NCBI GenBank assembly: GCA_040772725.1
Contig: JAXGXR010000001.1
Coordinates: forward strand, 856,377-920,376
DNA length: 64,000 bases
Direction of reading: 5' to 3'
From: Clostridia bacterium
Lineage (GTDB): Bacteria; Bacillota; Clostridia; Saccharofermentanales; UBA5734
The notes below the pieces were generated by a model. The model did not search any database, was not told the origin of the DNA, and was given only the letters and a program-made list of their open reading frames with translations. Every line of letters begins with the position of its first letter. Within the stretch, counting starts at the first letter, position 1. Below, in pieces: positions 18,870 to 29,870 of the stretch. The translations under genes were made by a program, and so were the position numbers.

Positions 18870-20519
18870 TTAATCTTCCTTTCGAACGGCATAAAGAGTC
18901 GGCTCTTCGGGATCCACCACGCATTCCAGCATGAACGGGCCAGGATAGTCGAGCATCTGTCGAAGCGCTTCGTCGATTTTGTCGTTGCTTTCAAGGACTG
19001 TGTGACCAAATCCATATGCCTCGGCGACCAGCTGGAAATCGGGATTTTCTTCGAGGAACACCTGGGAATAGCGCTTGGAATATTTCAGGCTCTGGATCTC
19101 GTGCACCATGCCGAGTCGGCGGTTGTTGAACAGGATCACCTTGACCGCCGCCTTTTCCTGCTTGATCGTGCCGAGCTCCTGGATGGACATCTGCAGGCTG
19201 CCATCGCCGCTGACGGCGATGACGGTCCGGTCCGGGCAGGCAACCTTGGCGCCGAGGGATGCGGGCAAGCCATAGCCCATGGTCCCCATGCCACCCGAGG
19301 TGATGAACGTGCGCGGCTTCATGATCGGATAGTGGTTGGCTGCCCAGATCTGGTTCTGGCCCACCTCGGTCGTCACAATGGCGTCCGGTCCGGCCAGTTC
19401 CGCGAGCCGCTGCAACAGGCTGGGCGGATGGATTACGACGGATGGCTGGTCAAACCGCCTGGTGTAGCTCTTCTGTTGCTTGACATCCCGGATGGTGTCC
19501 AGCCATTCCGATTTTGTCCCGACCAGGTCAAGCGTCAGCATTTTCGCCAGCGCCTCGCCCGCGTCGGCGATGACAGCCAGATGCGGCTTGATGTTCTTGC
19601 CGATTTCCGCCGGATCGATATCGATGTGAATGATCCGGGCCTGACGCGCGATTTCAGCCGCTGAACCCATCGCACGGTTTCCCACCCGAGCGCCGATCAG
19701 GATCACCAGGTCGGCCTTGTGCAGCGAATAGTTGGCGGGAAACACGCCATGCGATCCGAGAATGCCAAGGTAAAGCGGGTGGTCGGCCGGCATCGCCCCG
19801 ATGCCCATCATGGTCGTCATGACCGGGATCCGATGCTTGTCGACAACCTGGCGGAGCTGATCGGCAGCATTGGCCGCGACAACGCCACCACCCGCGCAGA
19901 TCACGGGCCGCCTGGCCGCGTTGAGCATCTCGACCATGGCCTTGACCTTTTCATCCGGCAGTTGGCTTGAGGGATGGTATCCGGGAAGACTGACCGGTCC
20001 GGGATCCTGGTAGTCAAATTCGTCTGCCTGGACATCGAGCGGCACATCGATCAGGACGGGTCCCGGTCTTCCGGTCGAAGCGATATGGAAGGCCTCCTTG
20101 AATATCCTGGGCAGGTCGGAAGCGGACTTGACCAGATAGTTGTGCTTGGTGAACGGTGACGTGGCGCCCGTGATGTCGACCTCCTGGAAACTGTCGCTGC
20201 CGATCAGCTCGGATGAGACCTGACCGGTGATCGCCACCATCGGGATCGAGTCCATATAGGCCGTCGCGATCCCGGTGATCAGGTTCGTCGAGCCCGGTCC
20301 TGACGTTCCCACGCAGACGCCTGTGCGACCGATCGCCCGGGCGTACCCACTGGCCGCATGGGCGGCACCTTGTTCATTCCGGGAAAGGACATGCTTGATC
20401 CCGGAGTCCAGCAAAGCATCATAGAAGGGGCAGATGGCAGCGCCGGGATAGCCGAATACAGTCGAAACCTGCTCCAGTTCCAGCGCGTGAATCATCGCTT
20501 TGGCACCAGTCATTTTCAT
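18870..20519 (-). CDS. ilvB: Acetolactate synthase large subunit (copy 1)
   Basis: FGYPG, TSGPGSTN, GRPGPVLID, GMGTMGYG and GDGS...NN ThDP motif; GGAGGG RBS. Confidence 0.94.
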   Translation of the reverse strand: MKMTGAKAMIHALELEQVSTVFGYPGAAICPFYDALLDSGIKHVLSRNEQGAAHAASGYARAIGRTGVCVGTSGPGSTNLITGIATAYMDSIPMVAITGQVSSELIGSDSFQEVDITGATSPFTKHNYLVKSASDLPRIFKEAFHIASTGRPGPVLIDVPLDVQADEFDYQDPGPVSLPGYHPSSQLPDEKVKAMVEMLNAARRPVICAGGGVVAANAADQLRQVVDKHRIPVMTTMMGIGAMPADHPLYLGILGSHGVFPANYSLHKADLVILIGARVGNRAMGSAAEIARQARIIHIDIDPAEIGKNIKPHLAVIADAGEALAKMLTLDLVGTKSEWLDTIRDVKQQKSYTRRFDQPSVVIHPPSLLQRLAELAGPDAIVTTEVGQNQIWAANHYPIMKPRTFITSGGMGTMGYGLPASLGAKVACPDRTVIAVSGDGSLQMSIQELGTIKQEKAAVKVILFNNRRLGMVHEIQSLKYSKRYSQVFLEENPDFQLVAEAYGFGHTVLESNDKIDEALRQMLDYPGPFMLECVVDPEEPTLYAVRKED

Positions 20520-20546
20520 ATCGTGTCCCTCCTTGGGTTGCCCTTC

Positions 20547-20575
20547 ATGGTAGCGAATCGGCAAACCGCTGTCCA
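20547..20575 (-). promoter_or_regulatory. Candidate sigma-A promoter for ilvB-ilvN
   Basis: TGGACA-17 nt-TACCAT. Confidence 0.5.
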
Positions 20576-20612
20576 GAAGCCGGGTTGCACTCGTCAACTT
20601 TCGTTTAGTATT

Positions 20613-21599
20613 CTACGCCTGGACTGCTGTGAGGATGATCTGGTTGTACACGTCATCGGCGCTGCAGCCACGCGACAGGTCATTGACCGGCTTGGCCAGA
20701 CCTTGTGTCACCCCGCCATACACGGTGGCCTTGGCCAGCCGCTCGACCAGTTTGTAACAGATGTTGCCACTATTGAGGTCCGGCAGGATAAGCACGTTGG
20801 CTTGCCCGGCCACCGCGCTGTCCGGGGCTTTGGTCCTGGCCACGCGCTCGACGATCGCCGCATCAAGCTGGAGTTCCCCGTCGATCATGAGTTTGGGATT
20901 CTTTTCCCTGGCCAGCCGGGTCGCCTCGATCACTTTTTCCGTCAGTTCGCTCTTTGCGCTGCCGTGTGTCGAGTAGGACAGCATGGCCACACGCGGTTCC
21001 CGTCCCAGGAACTGCTGGAAGGAATGGGCCGATGAGACCGCGATCTCCGCCAGTTGTGCCGCTGTGGGGTTCTCGTTCAGACTGGCGTCGGCGAAGATGA
21101 ACGTGCCATGCTCGCCAAGGTCGCAGTCCGGCACGACCATGATGACAAAGGCGGAGACATAGCGGACACCCGGCGCCATCTGGACCACCTGCAGGGCCGG
21201 TCGCATGACCCGGCTGGTGGAATTGGCCGCACCGGCCACCATGCCATCGGCCGCATTGTCGCGCAGCATCAGGGCTGCATAGTAAAGCGGATTGGTCACT
21301 GTCCTGGCTGCTTCTTCACGTGTCATGCCCTTCTTGTGGCGAATCTCGAACAGCAGGTCGGTGTATCGTGCCAGGTCCGGCAGGCTCGACGTGTCCAGGA
21401 TACGGCAGTTTTTCAGCGCGCGCCCCTTGGCGTGGGCGTGGACCAGAGCGGGATCACCGAGGATGACCAGGTCGGCCAGGTCTTCCCCACCCGCCCGGAT
21501 GGCCGCCTCAACGGTCCGAGGATCGTCGCCCTCAGGCAGGACAATCCTGGTCTTTCGCGCTTTCACCTTGATTTTCATCTGTTCCAGAAAAGATGACAT
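20613..21599 (-). CDS. pta: Phosphate acetyltransferase
   Basis: IVLPEGDDPR, AMLSYSTHGS, DGELQLDAA and QGLAKPVNDLSRGCS. Confidence 0.93.
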   Translation of the reverse strand: MSSFLEQMKIKVKARKTRIVLPEGDDPRTVEAAIRAGGEDLADLVILGDPALVHAHAKGRALKNCRILDTSSLPDLARYTDLLFEIRHKKGMTREEAARTVTNPLYYAALMLRDNAADGMVAGAANSTSRVMRPALQVVQMAPGVRYVSAFVIMVVPDCDLGEHGTFIFADASLNENPTAAQLAEIAVSSAHSFQQFLGREPRVAMLSYSTHGSAKSELTEKVIEATRLAREKNPKLMIDGELQLDAAIVERVARTKAPDSAVAGQANVLILPDLNSGNICYKLVERLAKATVYGGVTQGLAKPVNDLSRGCSADDVYNQIILTAVQA

Positions 21600-21626
21600 G
21601 GATCACACCTCATTTCCCTGTCGTTA

Positions 21627-22466
21627 TTATTCACCGTGAAACCGGCCGAGGACATAGGTGCCGGCAAAAATGACCGCGCTGACCAGGACGATGGTCGCAC
21701 CAGCCGCTGTATCAAAATAATACGACAGAATCAGGCCAGTCAGGCCGCTGAACACGGAAAAAAGCACGGACAGCCCATGGTATTGGCGGACCGACCGCGC
21801 GACATTGCGGGACGCGGAGGCCGGCAGGATCAAAAGTGAGTTGATCAGCAGGACACCAATCCACTTGATCGAGACGGTCACGAGGATCGCGATCAGGACC
21901 ATGAACAGGTTTTCCAGCAGCCGCGCCGGAATGCCCTTGCTGATTGCCAGGGACCGGTTGACACTGACGATCAGCAGGCGGTTGAAGAAAGCGAGGTAGA
22001 ACAGGATCAGCAGGACGAGCACGGCCGCGATCAGCACGATATCGGAAGACTTGATGGTCAGGATGTCCCCCACCAGATAGCGGTTGTAGCGCGCGAACCC
22101 GCCTTTGCGCGACAACAGGGCGACCCCGAGGGCGACCGCCGAGGACGAGAAGACACCGATAATCGTGTCGGTGGAGGACCGGGCGTGGTTTTTCACAGAG
22201 GAGATACCCAGACCGAACAGGATCGCGAACACGATCATCGAGTATACCGGGTCCTGAAGGCCGACCAGTGTCCCGAGCGCGATGCCCGCCAGGGCCGAGT
22301 GCCCGAGCGCGTCTGAATAGAAAGTCATGCGGTTGTTGATCACGAGTGTCCCGGCCAGACCGAACATGGGTGCGATCAGGAGGATGGCCAGCAGCGCGTT
22401 TTTCATGAACGTGTACTGGATGAAAGAAAACGGCAGTTGTTCCAGGAGGGAGTACCAGACGTTCAT
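21627..22466 (-). CDS. Zn/Mn ABC transporter permease (ZnuB-like)
   Basis: SDALGHSALAG, YLVGDIL, GVLLINSLLILPA; hydrophobic. Confidence 0.92.
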   Translation of the reverse strand: MNVWYSLLEQLPFSFIQYTFMKNALLAILLIAPMFGLAGTLVINNRMTFYSDALGHSALAGIALGTLVGLQDPVYSMIVFAILFGLGISSVKNHARSSTDTIIGVFSSSAVALGVALLSRKGGFARYNRYLVGDILTIKSSDIVLIAAVLVLLILFYLAFFNRLLIVSVNRSLAISKGIPARLLENLFMVLIAILVTVSIKWIGVLLINSLLILPASASRNVARSVRQYHGLSVLFSVFSGLTGLILSYYFDTAAGATIVLVSAVIFAGTYVLGRFHGE

Positions 22467-22467
22467 C

Positions 22468-23232
22468 TCATCCCTCCCCGGCCAGCGCGTTGAAGTAATC
22501 TGCCGTCCCGGGATCGGCCAGCAGTTCTCTGATCGGGCCGCCTGACCGGATGGTCCCGTCGAGATAATAGGCATGCGTCGCGTACTGGTGGATAACCGAC
22601 AGATCGTGCGTCACAATCAGGGTCAGCAGATCATAGCGGTCGCGCAGGTTCTGCACCAGCCGGTAGAAAAGGGCTCGCCCCGTCCGGTCCAGCGCGGCGA
22701 CCGGCTCATCGAGCAGCAGGATGTCGGGGATGGGGTCGAGGGCAAATGCCAGGGAAACGCGCTGAAGCTCGCCGCCGGAAAGATCGCCGAGCCGCTGGTC
22801 GATCAGGTGGCCCGCCTCCACGAGCGATAGCCGTTCCCGGACCTGTTCGCGCTGGCTCTTGCCCAGCCCCAGGAAGACCGGCCATCTGGCTCCTTTGGCC
22901 GCGAGCAGGTCGGCGACCGTCAGTGGTGACTGGCGGTCAAATTGCATGTGCTGTGGCATGTAGCCGATCCGCGGGCGGGTGACACCGTGGCCACAGGCAT
23001 CGCCGAACCGGACCGCGCCATCGAAGGGGATCTCGCCGATCATCGCCCGAAGCAGGGTGCTTTTGCCCCCGCCGTTCGGTCCGACGAGCGCGACCATGTC
23101 CCCACAGTGGACGGTCAGTGAAACATCTTCAATCAGGTTGCGTCCACTTCGGCGCACCGTCAGATGATCGACCGAAACACGATGCAGCGGGTGACGGCCG
23201 ACACCGGGCGGACAGTTCTGCAGTTCACTCAT
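22468..23232 (-). CDS. Zn/Mn ABC transporter ATP-binding protein (ZnuC-like)
   Basis: GPNGGGKST, IGYMPQ, LSGGELQR and LLLDEP. Confidence 0.92.
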   Translation of the reverse strand: MSELQNCPPGVGRHPLHRVSVDHLTVRRSGRNLIEDVSLTVHCGDMVALVGPNGGGKSTLLRAMIGEIPFDGAVRFGDACGHGVTRPRIGYMPQHMQFDRQSPLTVADLLAAKGARWPVFLGLGKSQREQVRERLSLVEAGHLIDQRLGDLSGGELQRVSLAFALDPIPDILLLDEPVAALDRTGRALFYRLVQNLRDRYDLLTLIVTHDLSVIHQYATHAYYLDGTIRSGGPIRELLADPGTADYFNALAGEG

Positions 23233-24194
23233 CCGAGGGCCTCCACCAGCACCTGGCGGTTTTGTTCCATGGCTTCCAGATAGGCATCGAGGTTTTCCAG
23301 ATCACCGCTGGCCACCGGATCCAGTGTGAAAAGGCGCGCGCCCGACTCATCGGCGATCTGCCGGGCAGCCGAGGCTGGATACTGTGGCTCAGCGAAAACG
23401 GCCTTCACCTGTTTCTCTCTGATCAGGTCGATCGTGGTCGCCAGTTCCGCGGCGCTGGGCTCACTGTCCGGCTCCCGCTCGATCACGCCGATGATCTCGA
23501 GACCAAATTCATGCGCGAAATAGGGAAACGCCTCATGCACCGTGATGATCTGGCGATTGGCCAGTGATCCGATGCTGTCGTGCATCTTCTGACGCAGTTC
23601 GGACAGTCGGGCCACATAGGCGTTCGCGTTGTCCTGGTAAGCGGTCTTGTTCGTCGGATCCAGTCGTCCCATTTCCTCGGCCAGTGTCTCGACCTGGCGG
23701 ATCATCAGGGAAATCGACACCCACACATGCGGATTGTCATCCAGCAATTCGATGTCCGCCGCCGCTTCCACGATCTCAAGACCCGGGAGATCGCTGGCAA
23801 TCTGATCAAGATAGCCTTCCAGTCCGGCCCCATTGACAATGAAGACATCCGCCTGTTCAAGCGTCTTCATGTTGCCGGTGGTCAGCTGATAATCGTGCAG
23901 GCAGCCGGTGATCTCCTCCGTCAGGTTGGTGACGCGGACATTGGCAATGCCGTTGGCAATCTGGGAGGCCGCCAGGTAAAGCGGATAAACGGAGGTGACA
24001 TAGGTCCATTCCGCCTTGGCGGATCCGGTCGTATTCGATATCTCGCCACCGGTCGGCGCAGTTGTGCAGGCGGCAAGGGACATGATGGCCATGACGGCCA
24101 CGAGGGAAAACGCGACAGCCCGGACGGCCAGACCCTTGAAATGGCTGGATGACGCGGTCCGGTCGCTTGTGTTTTGATGATTGTGATATAACAT
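23229..24194 (-). CDS. Zn/Mn ABC transporter substrate-binding lipoprotein (ZnuA-like)
   Basis: LAAC lipobox; CLHDY, NPHVW and HEAFPY metal ligands. Confidence 0.92.
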   Translation of the reverse strand: MLYHNHQNTSDRTASSSHFKGLAVRAVAFSLVAVMAIMSLAACTTAPTGGEISNTTGSAKAEWTYVTSVYPLYLAASQIANGIANVRVTNLTEEITGCLHDYQLTTGNMKTLEQADVFIVNGAGLEGYLDQIASDLPGLEIVEAAADIELLDDNPHVWVSISLMIRQVETLAEEMGRLDPTNKTAYQDNANAYVARLSELRQKMHDSIGSLANRQIITVHEAFPYFAHEFGLEIIGVIEREPDSEPSAAELATTIDLIREKQVKAVFAEPQYPASAARQIADESGARLFTLDPVASGDLENLDAYLEAMEQNRQVLVEALG

Positions 24195-24241
24195 GGGCAC
24201 TCCTGATCAATGTGAACAGACAACTGTTCGCCGATGTCTAT

Positions 24242-24292
24242 TTGCAAATGATTCTCATTTGCATTATAATCGTCATCAGAACCCTTTGTCAA
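24242..24292. promoter_or_regulatory. Overlapping divergent promoters with a 9-3-9 palindromic operator (putative Zur/Fur box)
   Basis: TGCAAATGA-TTC-TCATTTGCA at 24243-24263; + strand TTGCAA-17-TATAAT; - strand TTGACA-18-TATAAT. Confidence 0.8.
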
Positions 24293-24336
24293 ACCATCCG
24301 GCGACATACACGCCCAGCGAAACAAGGAGATCCGAT

Positions 24337-24750
24337 ATGCCCTTGACCGGTATGAAAAACACACGGCAGCGCCAGCTGCTGCTGGAATTGTTCCACAACA
24401 CCGGCCGTTCCCTGACAGCAGAGGAGATATTCGCTAGTCCCTCCATCCGGAGCGCCCGCATGGCCTTGTCGACGATCTACCGCAATCTGGACCAGCTTTC
24501 GGGCCGGGGTGTCCTGGTCAAGACGCTGTTTCCCGATGGGCTGTCCCGGTACGAACTGGCGGGCGAACACGCCCATCATCATTACCTGGTCTGCACACAT
24601 TGCCAGAAACGCCAGACCTTTGACGAATGTCCGTTGAAGCGGATGCAGTCAGACCTTGAAAAGCAGACCGGCTTTCAGATCACCGGGCACAACCTGATGC
24701 TGTATGGACTCTGCCGCGAATGCCAGCAAGAAATGGCCGCGAACGCCTGA
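24337..24750 (+). CDS. Fur-family regulator, probably Zur
   Basis: TRQR, LTAEEIF, STIYRNL, HHHYLVCTHC and GLCREC; divergent from the metal ABC operon. Confidence 0.9.
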   Translation: MPLTGMKNTRQRQLLLELFHNTGRSLTAEEIFASPSIRSARMALSTIYRNLDQLSGRGVLVKTLFPDGLSRYELAGEHAHHHYLVCTHCQKRQTFDECPLKRMQSDLEKQTGFQITGHNLMLYGLCRECQQEMAANA

Positions 24751-24800
24751 ACGCGTCGTGGCAAGATCGCTGTCGGCGATGCGCCGGCATGGACAAAATG

Positions 24801-24828
24801 ACGGGCTCCCATGATGGGAGCCCGTTTC
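24801..24828. terminator. Terminator hairpin between convergent fur and ilvB copy 2
   Basis: ACGGGCTCCCAT-g-ATGGGAGCCCGT. Confidence 0.75.
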
Positions 24829-24853
24829 AGTTCGTTTGACATCGAAAAATCAA

Positions 24854-26569
24854 TCAGTCCATGCCGGGCATGATCATTTCATGCGGTAGTTTTCCGGCCG
24901 GAATCATCGGGTAGACGTTTTCTCCGACATCGAGGACGCAGTGGACCACATATGGTCCGTCCGCCTCCATGGCCATGCCGATCTCCTTTTTCAGCGAATC
25001 CGGATCGAAGGCCAGGCCGGTCTGGATGCCGTAGGCCTCGGCAATCATGCAGAAGTCCGGGTTGTTGTCCAGGATCGTGCATCCGTAACGACGCTCGAAG
25101 AAGAGCTCCTGCCACTGCCGGACCATGCCCAGGCAGCTATTGTTCAGGATGAACACCTTGACCGGCAGGCCCAGTTTGGCCAGAAGGCCCAGTTCCTGGA
25201 TGGTCATCTGGAAGCCACCGTCGCCACAGAACAGGACCGTGGTGCGCTCCGGCTGAGCGCTGGAAGCGCCGATCGCCGCCGGCAGACCAAAGCCCATCGT
25301 GCCCAGGCCGCCTGAGGTGATGAACGAACGCGAGCTCTCGATCGCGTAATGCTGGGCGGCAAACATCTGGTGCTGGCCGACATCCGTCACAACGATCGGG
25401 TTCTGTCCCTTGAGCGATTCGTGGACCTCATGGATGACATATTGTGGTGTCAGCGGTGTGGATGGCTGGTACATGGCCTGCTTGCGCGCTTCATACTTGG
25501 CTTTCTTCTCGTTCAGCTGGTCGACCCAGGCCTGCCAGCGGTCCGCGGTCAGATGCCCATCGTGGGATTCCATCATTTTCTGGAAGAAGTCGGCCGCGTC
25601 CTCCTCGATCTCAATGTCCGGGCGGACATTCTTGCCAATTTCAGCCGGATCGATGTCGACATGGATGATGGTGCGTCCAGTGATCAGGTTGTACTTTTCC
25701 GGATCGCCGATAACCCGGTCGCTGAATCGGGTGCCGACGGCCAGCATCAGGTCGCACCGACCGATGGCCATGTTGCCCTGAAGGGATCCATGCATGCCGA
25801 CCATGCCCATGTACAGGGGGTGGTCTTCGCGGATGGCACCCTTCCCCATCAACGTACTGGCGACCGGGATGCCGGTGCGGTTGACAAAGGCTTCGAGGCT
25901 GTCGACAGCGCCCGGGGATATGACACATCCCCCGCCGACCAGCAGCAGCGGCCGCTGGCTTTTCTTCAGGGCGTCATAGACCTTGTCGGACATGGACTCG
26001 GTGCGGATCTTGGGGGGACGATGTCGGATGTAGGTCCGGAGGGACCCCTCGGCCAACGATTCGTACGTGCCGATCTCCATCGCAAGGATGTCCTTGGGGA
26101 TGTTGATCAGGACCGGTCCGGGACGGCCCTCCGTCGTCATGTTCCAGGCTTCTTCCAGGATCGGCAGCAGTTCCAGCGGTTCCATGACCAGATAGTTGTA
26201 TTTGGTGATCGGCATGGTGATGCCGGTGATGTCCGCTTCCTGGAACGCGTCTTTGCCGGTCGCGTTGCGCGCGACCGCGCCGGTGATGGCCAGAAGCGGC
26301 ACAGAGTCGAGGAACGCGTCGGTCAGACCAGTCACCAGATTGGTGGCGCCCGGCCCGGAAGTCGCGATCATGACGCCCGGCTTGCCGCTGACGCGGGCGT
26401 AGCCTTCGGCGGCATGCGCCGCCCCCTGCTCATGACGGGTCAGGATATGCGGGAAATTCATCCGGTTGATGGCGTCGAACAGGACGATGATCGGACCGCC
26501 TGGATAGCCGAACGTGTGGGTCACGTTCTTGCGGGTCAGAAAATCGATCACAAGCTCTGCTCCGTTCAT
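24854..26569 (-). CDS. ilvB: Acetolactate synthase large subunit (copy 2)
   Basis: FGYPGG, RHEQGAAHAA, TSGPGATN, GMVGMHG, GDGG...NN and GMVRQWQ. Confidence 0.95.
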   Translation of the reverse strand: MNGAELVIDFLTRKNVTHTFGYPGGPIIVLFDAINRMNFPHILTRHEQGAAHAAEGYARVSGKPGVMIATSGPGATNLVTGLTDAFLDSVPLLAITGAVARNATGKDAFQEADITGITMPITKYNYLVMEPLELLPILEEAWNMTTEGRPGPVLINIPKDILAMEIGTYESLAEGSLRTYIRHRPPKIRTESMSDKVYDALKKSQRPLLLVGGGCVISPGAVDSLEAFVNRTGIPVASTLMGKGAIREDHPLYMGMVGMHGSLQGNMAIGRCDLMLAVGTRFSDRVIGDPEKYNLITGRTIIHVDIDPAEIGKNVRPDIEIEEDAADFFQKMMESHDGHLTADRWQAWVDQLNEKKAKYEARKQAMYQPSTPLTPQYVIHEVHESLKGQNPIVVTDVGQHQMFAAQHYAIESSRSFITSGGLGTMGFGLPAAIGASSAQPERTTVLFCGDGGFQMTIQELGLLAKLGLPVKVFILNNSCLGMVRQWQELFFERRYGCTILDNNPDFCMIAEAYGIQTGLAFDPDSLKKEIGMAMEADGPYVVHCVLDVGENVYPMIPAGKLPHEMIMPGMD

Positions 26570-26594
26570 GTCACTTGTCCTCCTTTTTTCGGTA

Positions 26595-28250
26595 TCAGAA
26601 CGGGTTCATGCGGGCTCCGGCCGCGCAGGAGGCGACCTGCGGCTCGTACCGGGCCAGGACGCCCTTGAGCTGGCGATCCGGCTTGGGCGCAGGCTGACGG
26701 GATGCCAGTTCAGCCGCGTCAACCAGAAGCGTGATGGTGCGGGCCGGGATGTCGATCCTGATGCGATCCCCTTCATGGACATAGGCAAGAGGACCGCCTA
26801 CTGCCGCCTCCGGCGCGACATGGCCGACGGACGAGCCGCGGGACGCACCTGAGAAACGGCCATCGGTGATCAAAGCGACGGTCTTGTCCAGACCCATGCC
26901 GGCCAGCGCGCTGGTCGGGGTCAGCATTTCCCGCATGCCGGGGCCGCCGCGCGGGCCTTCGAACCGGACGACCACAACGTCGCCCGGCTTGATCTGGCCA
27001 CCGAAGATGGCATCCGAGACTTCTTCCTCACTGTCAAAGACACGGGCCGGGCCTTCATGTACCATCATCTCGGGCAGCACGGCGCCTTTCTTGACGACGC
27101 TGCCGTCCGGCGCGAGATTGCCCTTGAGGATGGCCAGTCCACCATCGGGGGCATGCGGGTCGGACGCCGTGCGGATGATCACGCCATCGGCCTTTGGCGC
27201 CCTGGAGAAACGTTCAGAGAGACGTCCTTCGACGGTTTCGGTCTCGCGGCTGAGCAGGCCGGCGCGGTCGAGCTCGGCCATGACGCCGGAAATGCCGCCG
27301 ACTTCGTTCAGATCGGAAATGTAGATCGAGCTGGCGGGATTGAGCTTGCACAGCTGCGGTGTCGAGTCGCTGATCTCACTGATCTCGTCCAGGCACAGTT
27401 CGTAACCGGCTTCACGGGCGATCGCCAGGAGATGCAGGATGGTGTTGGTCGATCCGCCGAGCGCCATGTCTGTTTTCAAGGCGTTGCGGATGCTGTCCGG
27501 GGTCATGATCGAAAGGGCGGTCTTCCCTTCCCGATAAAGCCGCATCACCTGTTCGCCAGCCTGCTTGGCCAGGCGCACCCGATCCGCATGCACGGCCGGA
27601 ATCGTGCCGGAGCCGGGCAGGGACATGCCCATCGCCTCGGTCAGGCAGTTCATTGTGTTGGCTGTGTACATGCCGGCGCAGCTGCCACAGGTCGGACAAC
27701 AGGACAATTCCATGAGTGTGAGGTCCTCATCGCTCATGTTGCCTGCTGAATGGGCTCCGACCGCTTCAAAGATGTTGGACAGGCCGATGCGTTCACCATG
27801 GAGGCGGCCAGGCAGCATGGGCCCGCCGTTGATGAAGATGGACGGCAGGTTCATGCGGGCGGCTGCCATCAGCATGCCGGGCACGACCTTGTCGCAGCTG
27901 GTCACGAAAACGACCGCGTCGAACGCGTGGGCCATCAGCATGAGTTCACAGCTGTCGGCGATGTAATCGCGGCTGACCAGCGAGTATTTCATGCCCGCAT
28001 GGTTCATGGCCAGGCCGTCACAGATGGCGATCGCCGGAAATTCGAATGGTACGCCGCCCTCGTTGCGGATGCCGGCCTTGACCGCGTCCGTCAGCGTGCG
28101 CAAATGGATGTGGCCGGGCACGACCTCATTGAACGAATTGATCACGGCGACAAACGGCCGGTCCATCTCCTCAGTGGTCAGTCCAAGTGCGTAAAGCAGC
28201 GAGCGGTGGGCCGCACGGCCGGATCCCTTTTTGATCGCGTCACTTCTCAT
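26595..28250 (-). CDS. ilvD: Dihydroxy-acid dehydratase
   Basis: [35 protein letters not shown] and TDGRFSG. Confidence 0.96.
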   Translation of the reverse strand: MRSDAIKKGSGRAAHRSLLYALGLTTEEMDRPFVAVINSFNEVVPGHIHLRTLTDAVKAGIRNEGGVPFEFPAIAICDGLAMNHAGMKYSLVSRDYIADSCELMLMAHAFDAVVFVTSCDKVVPGMLMAAARMNLPSIFINGGPMLPGRLHGERIGLSNIFEAVGAHSAGNMSDEDLTLMELSCCPTCGSCAGMYTANTMNCLTEAMGMSLPGSGTIPAVHADRVRLAKQAGEQVMRLYREGKTALSIMTPDSIRNALKTDMALGGSTNTILHLLAIAREAGYELCLDEISEISDSTPQLCKLNPASSIYISDLNEVGGISGVMAELDRAGLLSRETETVEGRLSERFSRAPKADGVIIRTASDPHAPDGGLAILKGNLAPDGSVVKKGAVLPEMMVHEGPARVFDSEEEVSDAIFGGQIKPGDVVVVRFEGPRGGPGMREMLTPTSALAGMGLDKTVALITDGRFSGASRGSSVGHVAPEAAVGGPLAYVHEGDRIRIDIPARTITLLVDAAELASRQPAPKPDRQLKGVLARYEPQVASCAAGARMNPF

Positions 28251-28261
28251 GATAGTCCTCC

Positions 28262-29350
28262 TTATTCGATCGCTTCAGCCACCAGCGCCGTGATGGCACG
28301 CGTGCCGAGCACTTTGTCACGGTCATCTTCCGGTCTGGCGATGTCCGCTGTCCGGTAACCGTCATTCAGAAGCCGGGATACGGCGTTTTCAATCGACGCA
28401 GCCTCCCGTTCGAGCCCGAAAGAAAGCCGCAGCATCATCGCGCTCGACAGGATCGCGGCCAGTGGGTTGGCGATGTCACGTCCGGCGATGTCAGGCGCCG
28501 AGCCGTGGATCGGTTCGTACATGCCAGGCGTCCCGGGCTTCCCGAGCGACGCGGACGGCAGCATGCCGATCGAGCCGGTGATCTGGGCCGCCTCGTCGGA
28601 CAGGATGTCACCGAACATGTTGGTGGTCACGACCACATCGAAGTCCCCCGGGCGCCGGATCAGCTGCATCGAGGCGTTGTCGACATACATGTGTTCCAGC
28701 GCGACGTCCGGGTACTCCTTCGCGACCTCCAGCACCGTCGAGCGCCACAGGCGGGAGCTTTCCAGCACATTGGCCTTGTCGACGTTCAACAAGCGCTTGC
28801 GACGCCCACGCGCCAGTTCGAAGGCTGTGCGGGCGATCCGGTCGACCTCAAAAGCACTATAACACTCCGTGTCGTAGGCTTCCAGCCCCCGGTCCCCTTC
28901 CCGGCGGCCACTGTCACCGAAATAGATGCCACCAGTCAATTCGCGGACAATCATCATGTCGATGCCACGGGCGGCTGTTTCCGGGTGCAGCGGACAAGCG
29001 CCGGCCAGTGATGGATAGAGCACCGCCGGTCGCAGGTTGGCAAACAGGCCAAGCGCGGAGCGCAGGCCAAGCAGGGCCTTTTCCGGACGCTTGTCGCCCG
29101 GCAGGCTGTCCCAGCGGGGGCCGCCGACCGCACCGAGCAGGACGGCATCGCTCTTGAGGCAGGCCATCACGGTTGCTGGAGGGAGCGGTTCGCCGGTCGC
29201 GTCGATGGCAATGCCACCGGCCAGCAGTTCCTCGAACTGAAATTCATGCCCGTATCGGGCGGCCACGGTCTCCAGGATGGTTCGCGTGCTATTGGTGACT
29301 TCAGGACCGATGCCATCGCCGGGGATGACAGCCAGGTGAAAACGCGTCAT
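28262..29350 (-). CDS. leuB: 3-isopropylmalate dehydrogenase
   Basis: [28 protein letters not shown] and [12 protein letters not shown]. Confidence 0.96.
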   Translation of the reverse strand: MTRFHLAVIPGDGIGPEVTNSTRTILETVAARYGHEFQFEELLAGGIAIDATGEPLPPATVMACLKSDAVLLGAVGGPRWDSLPGDKRPEKALLGLRSALGLFANLRPAVLYPSLAGACPLHPETAARGIDMMIVRELTGGIYFGDSGRREGDRGLEAYDTECYSAFEVDRIARTAFELARGRRKRLLNVDKANVLESSRLWRSTVLEVAKEYPDVALEHMYVDNASMQLIRRPGDFDVVVTTNMFGDILSDEAAQITGSIGMLPSASLGKPGTPGMYEPIHGSAPDIAGRDIANPLAAILSSAMMLRLSFGLEREAASIENAVSRLLNDGYRTADIARPEDDRDKVLGTRAITALVAEAIE

Positions 29351-29361
29351 GTCCGTTCTCC

Positions 29362-29853
29362 TTATTGATTGCGTGTCGCGATGTACCCGACCAGTCCGTC
29401 GGCCGCGATGATTTTCTTGATGAACTCAGGAAAGGGCTCGGCCTGAAAAGACTGGCCGGTTGTCAAATCGCGGATCAGGCCGGAGTCGAAGTCGACCTCG
29501 ACCTCGTCGCCATCCTGGATCGCCTCGCTGGCTGCCGGGCATTCGAGGATCGCCAGGCCCATGTCGATCGCGTTGCGATAGAAGATCCGGGCGAAGCTGG
29601 CCGCGATGACACAGCTGATGCCGGATGCCTTGATGGCGATCGGCGCGTGCTCGCGGGAGGATCCGCAGCCGAAATTGGTGCCGGCGACCATGATGTCGCC
29701 CTTTTTGACCCGATTGACGAAGGTCTTGTCGATGTCCTCCATGCAGTGGCAGGCCAGTTCATCCGGGTTGGAAGTCACGAGATACCGGGCAGGGATGATG
29801 ACATCGGTGTCGACATTCGCGCCGAACTTGAAAACTTTTCCTCTGGCATTCAT
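29362..29853 (-). CDS. leuD: 3-isopropylmalate dehydratase small subunit
   Basis: [25 protein letters not shown] and SFARIFYRN. Confidence 0.95.
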   Translation of the reverse strand: MNARGKVFKFGANVDTDVIIPARYLVTSNPDELACHCMEDIDKTFVNRVKKGDIMVAGTNFGCGSSREHAPIAIKASGISCVIAASFARIFYRNAIDMGLAILECPAASEAIQDGDEVEVDFDSGLIRDLTTGQSFQAEPFPEFIKKIIAADGLVGYIATRNQ

Positions 29854-29870
29854 GATCGATACTCCTCCTC

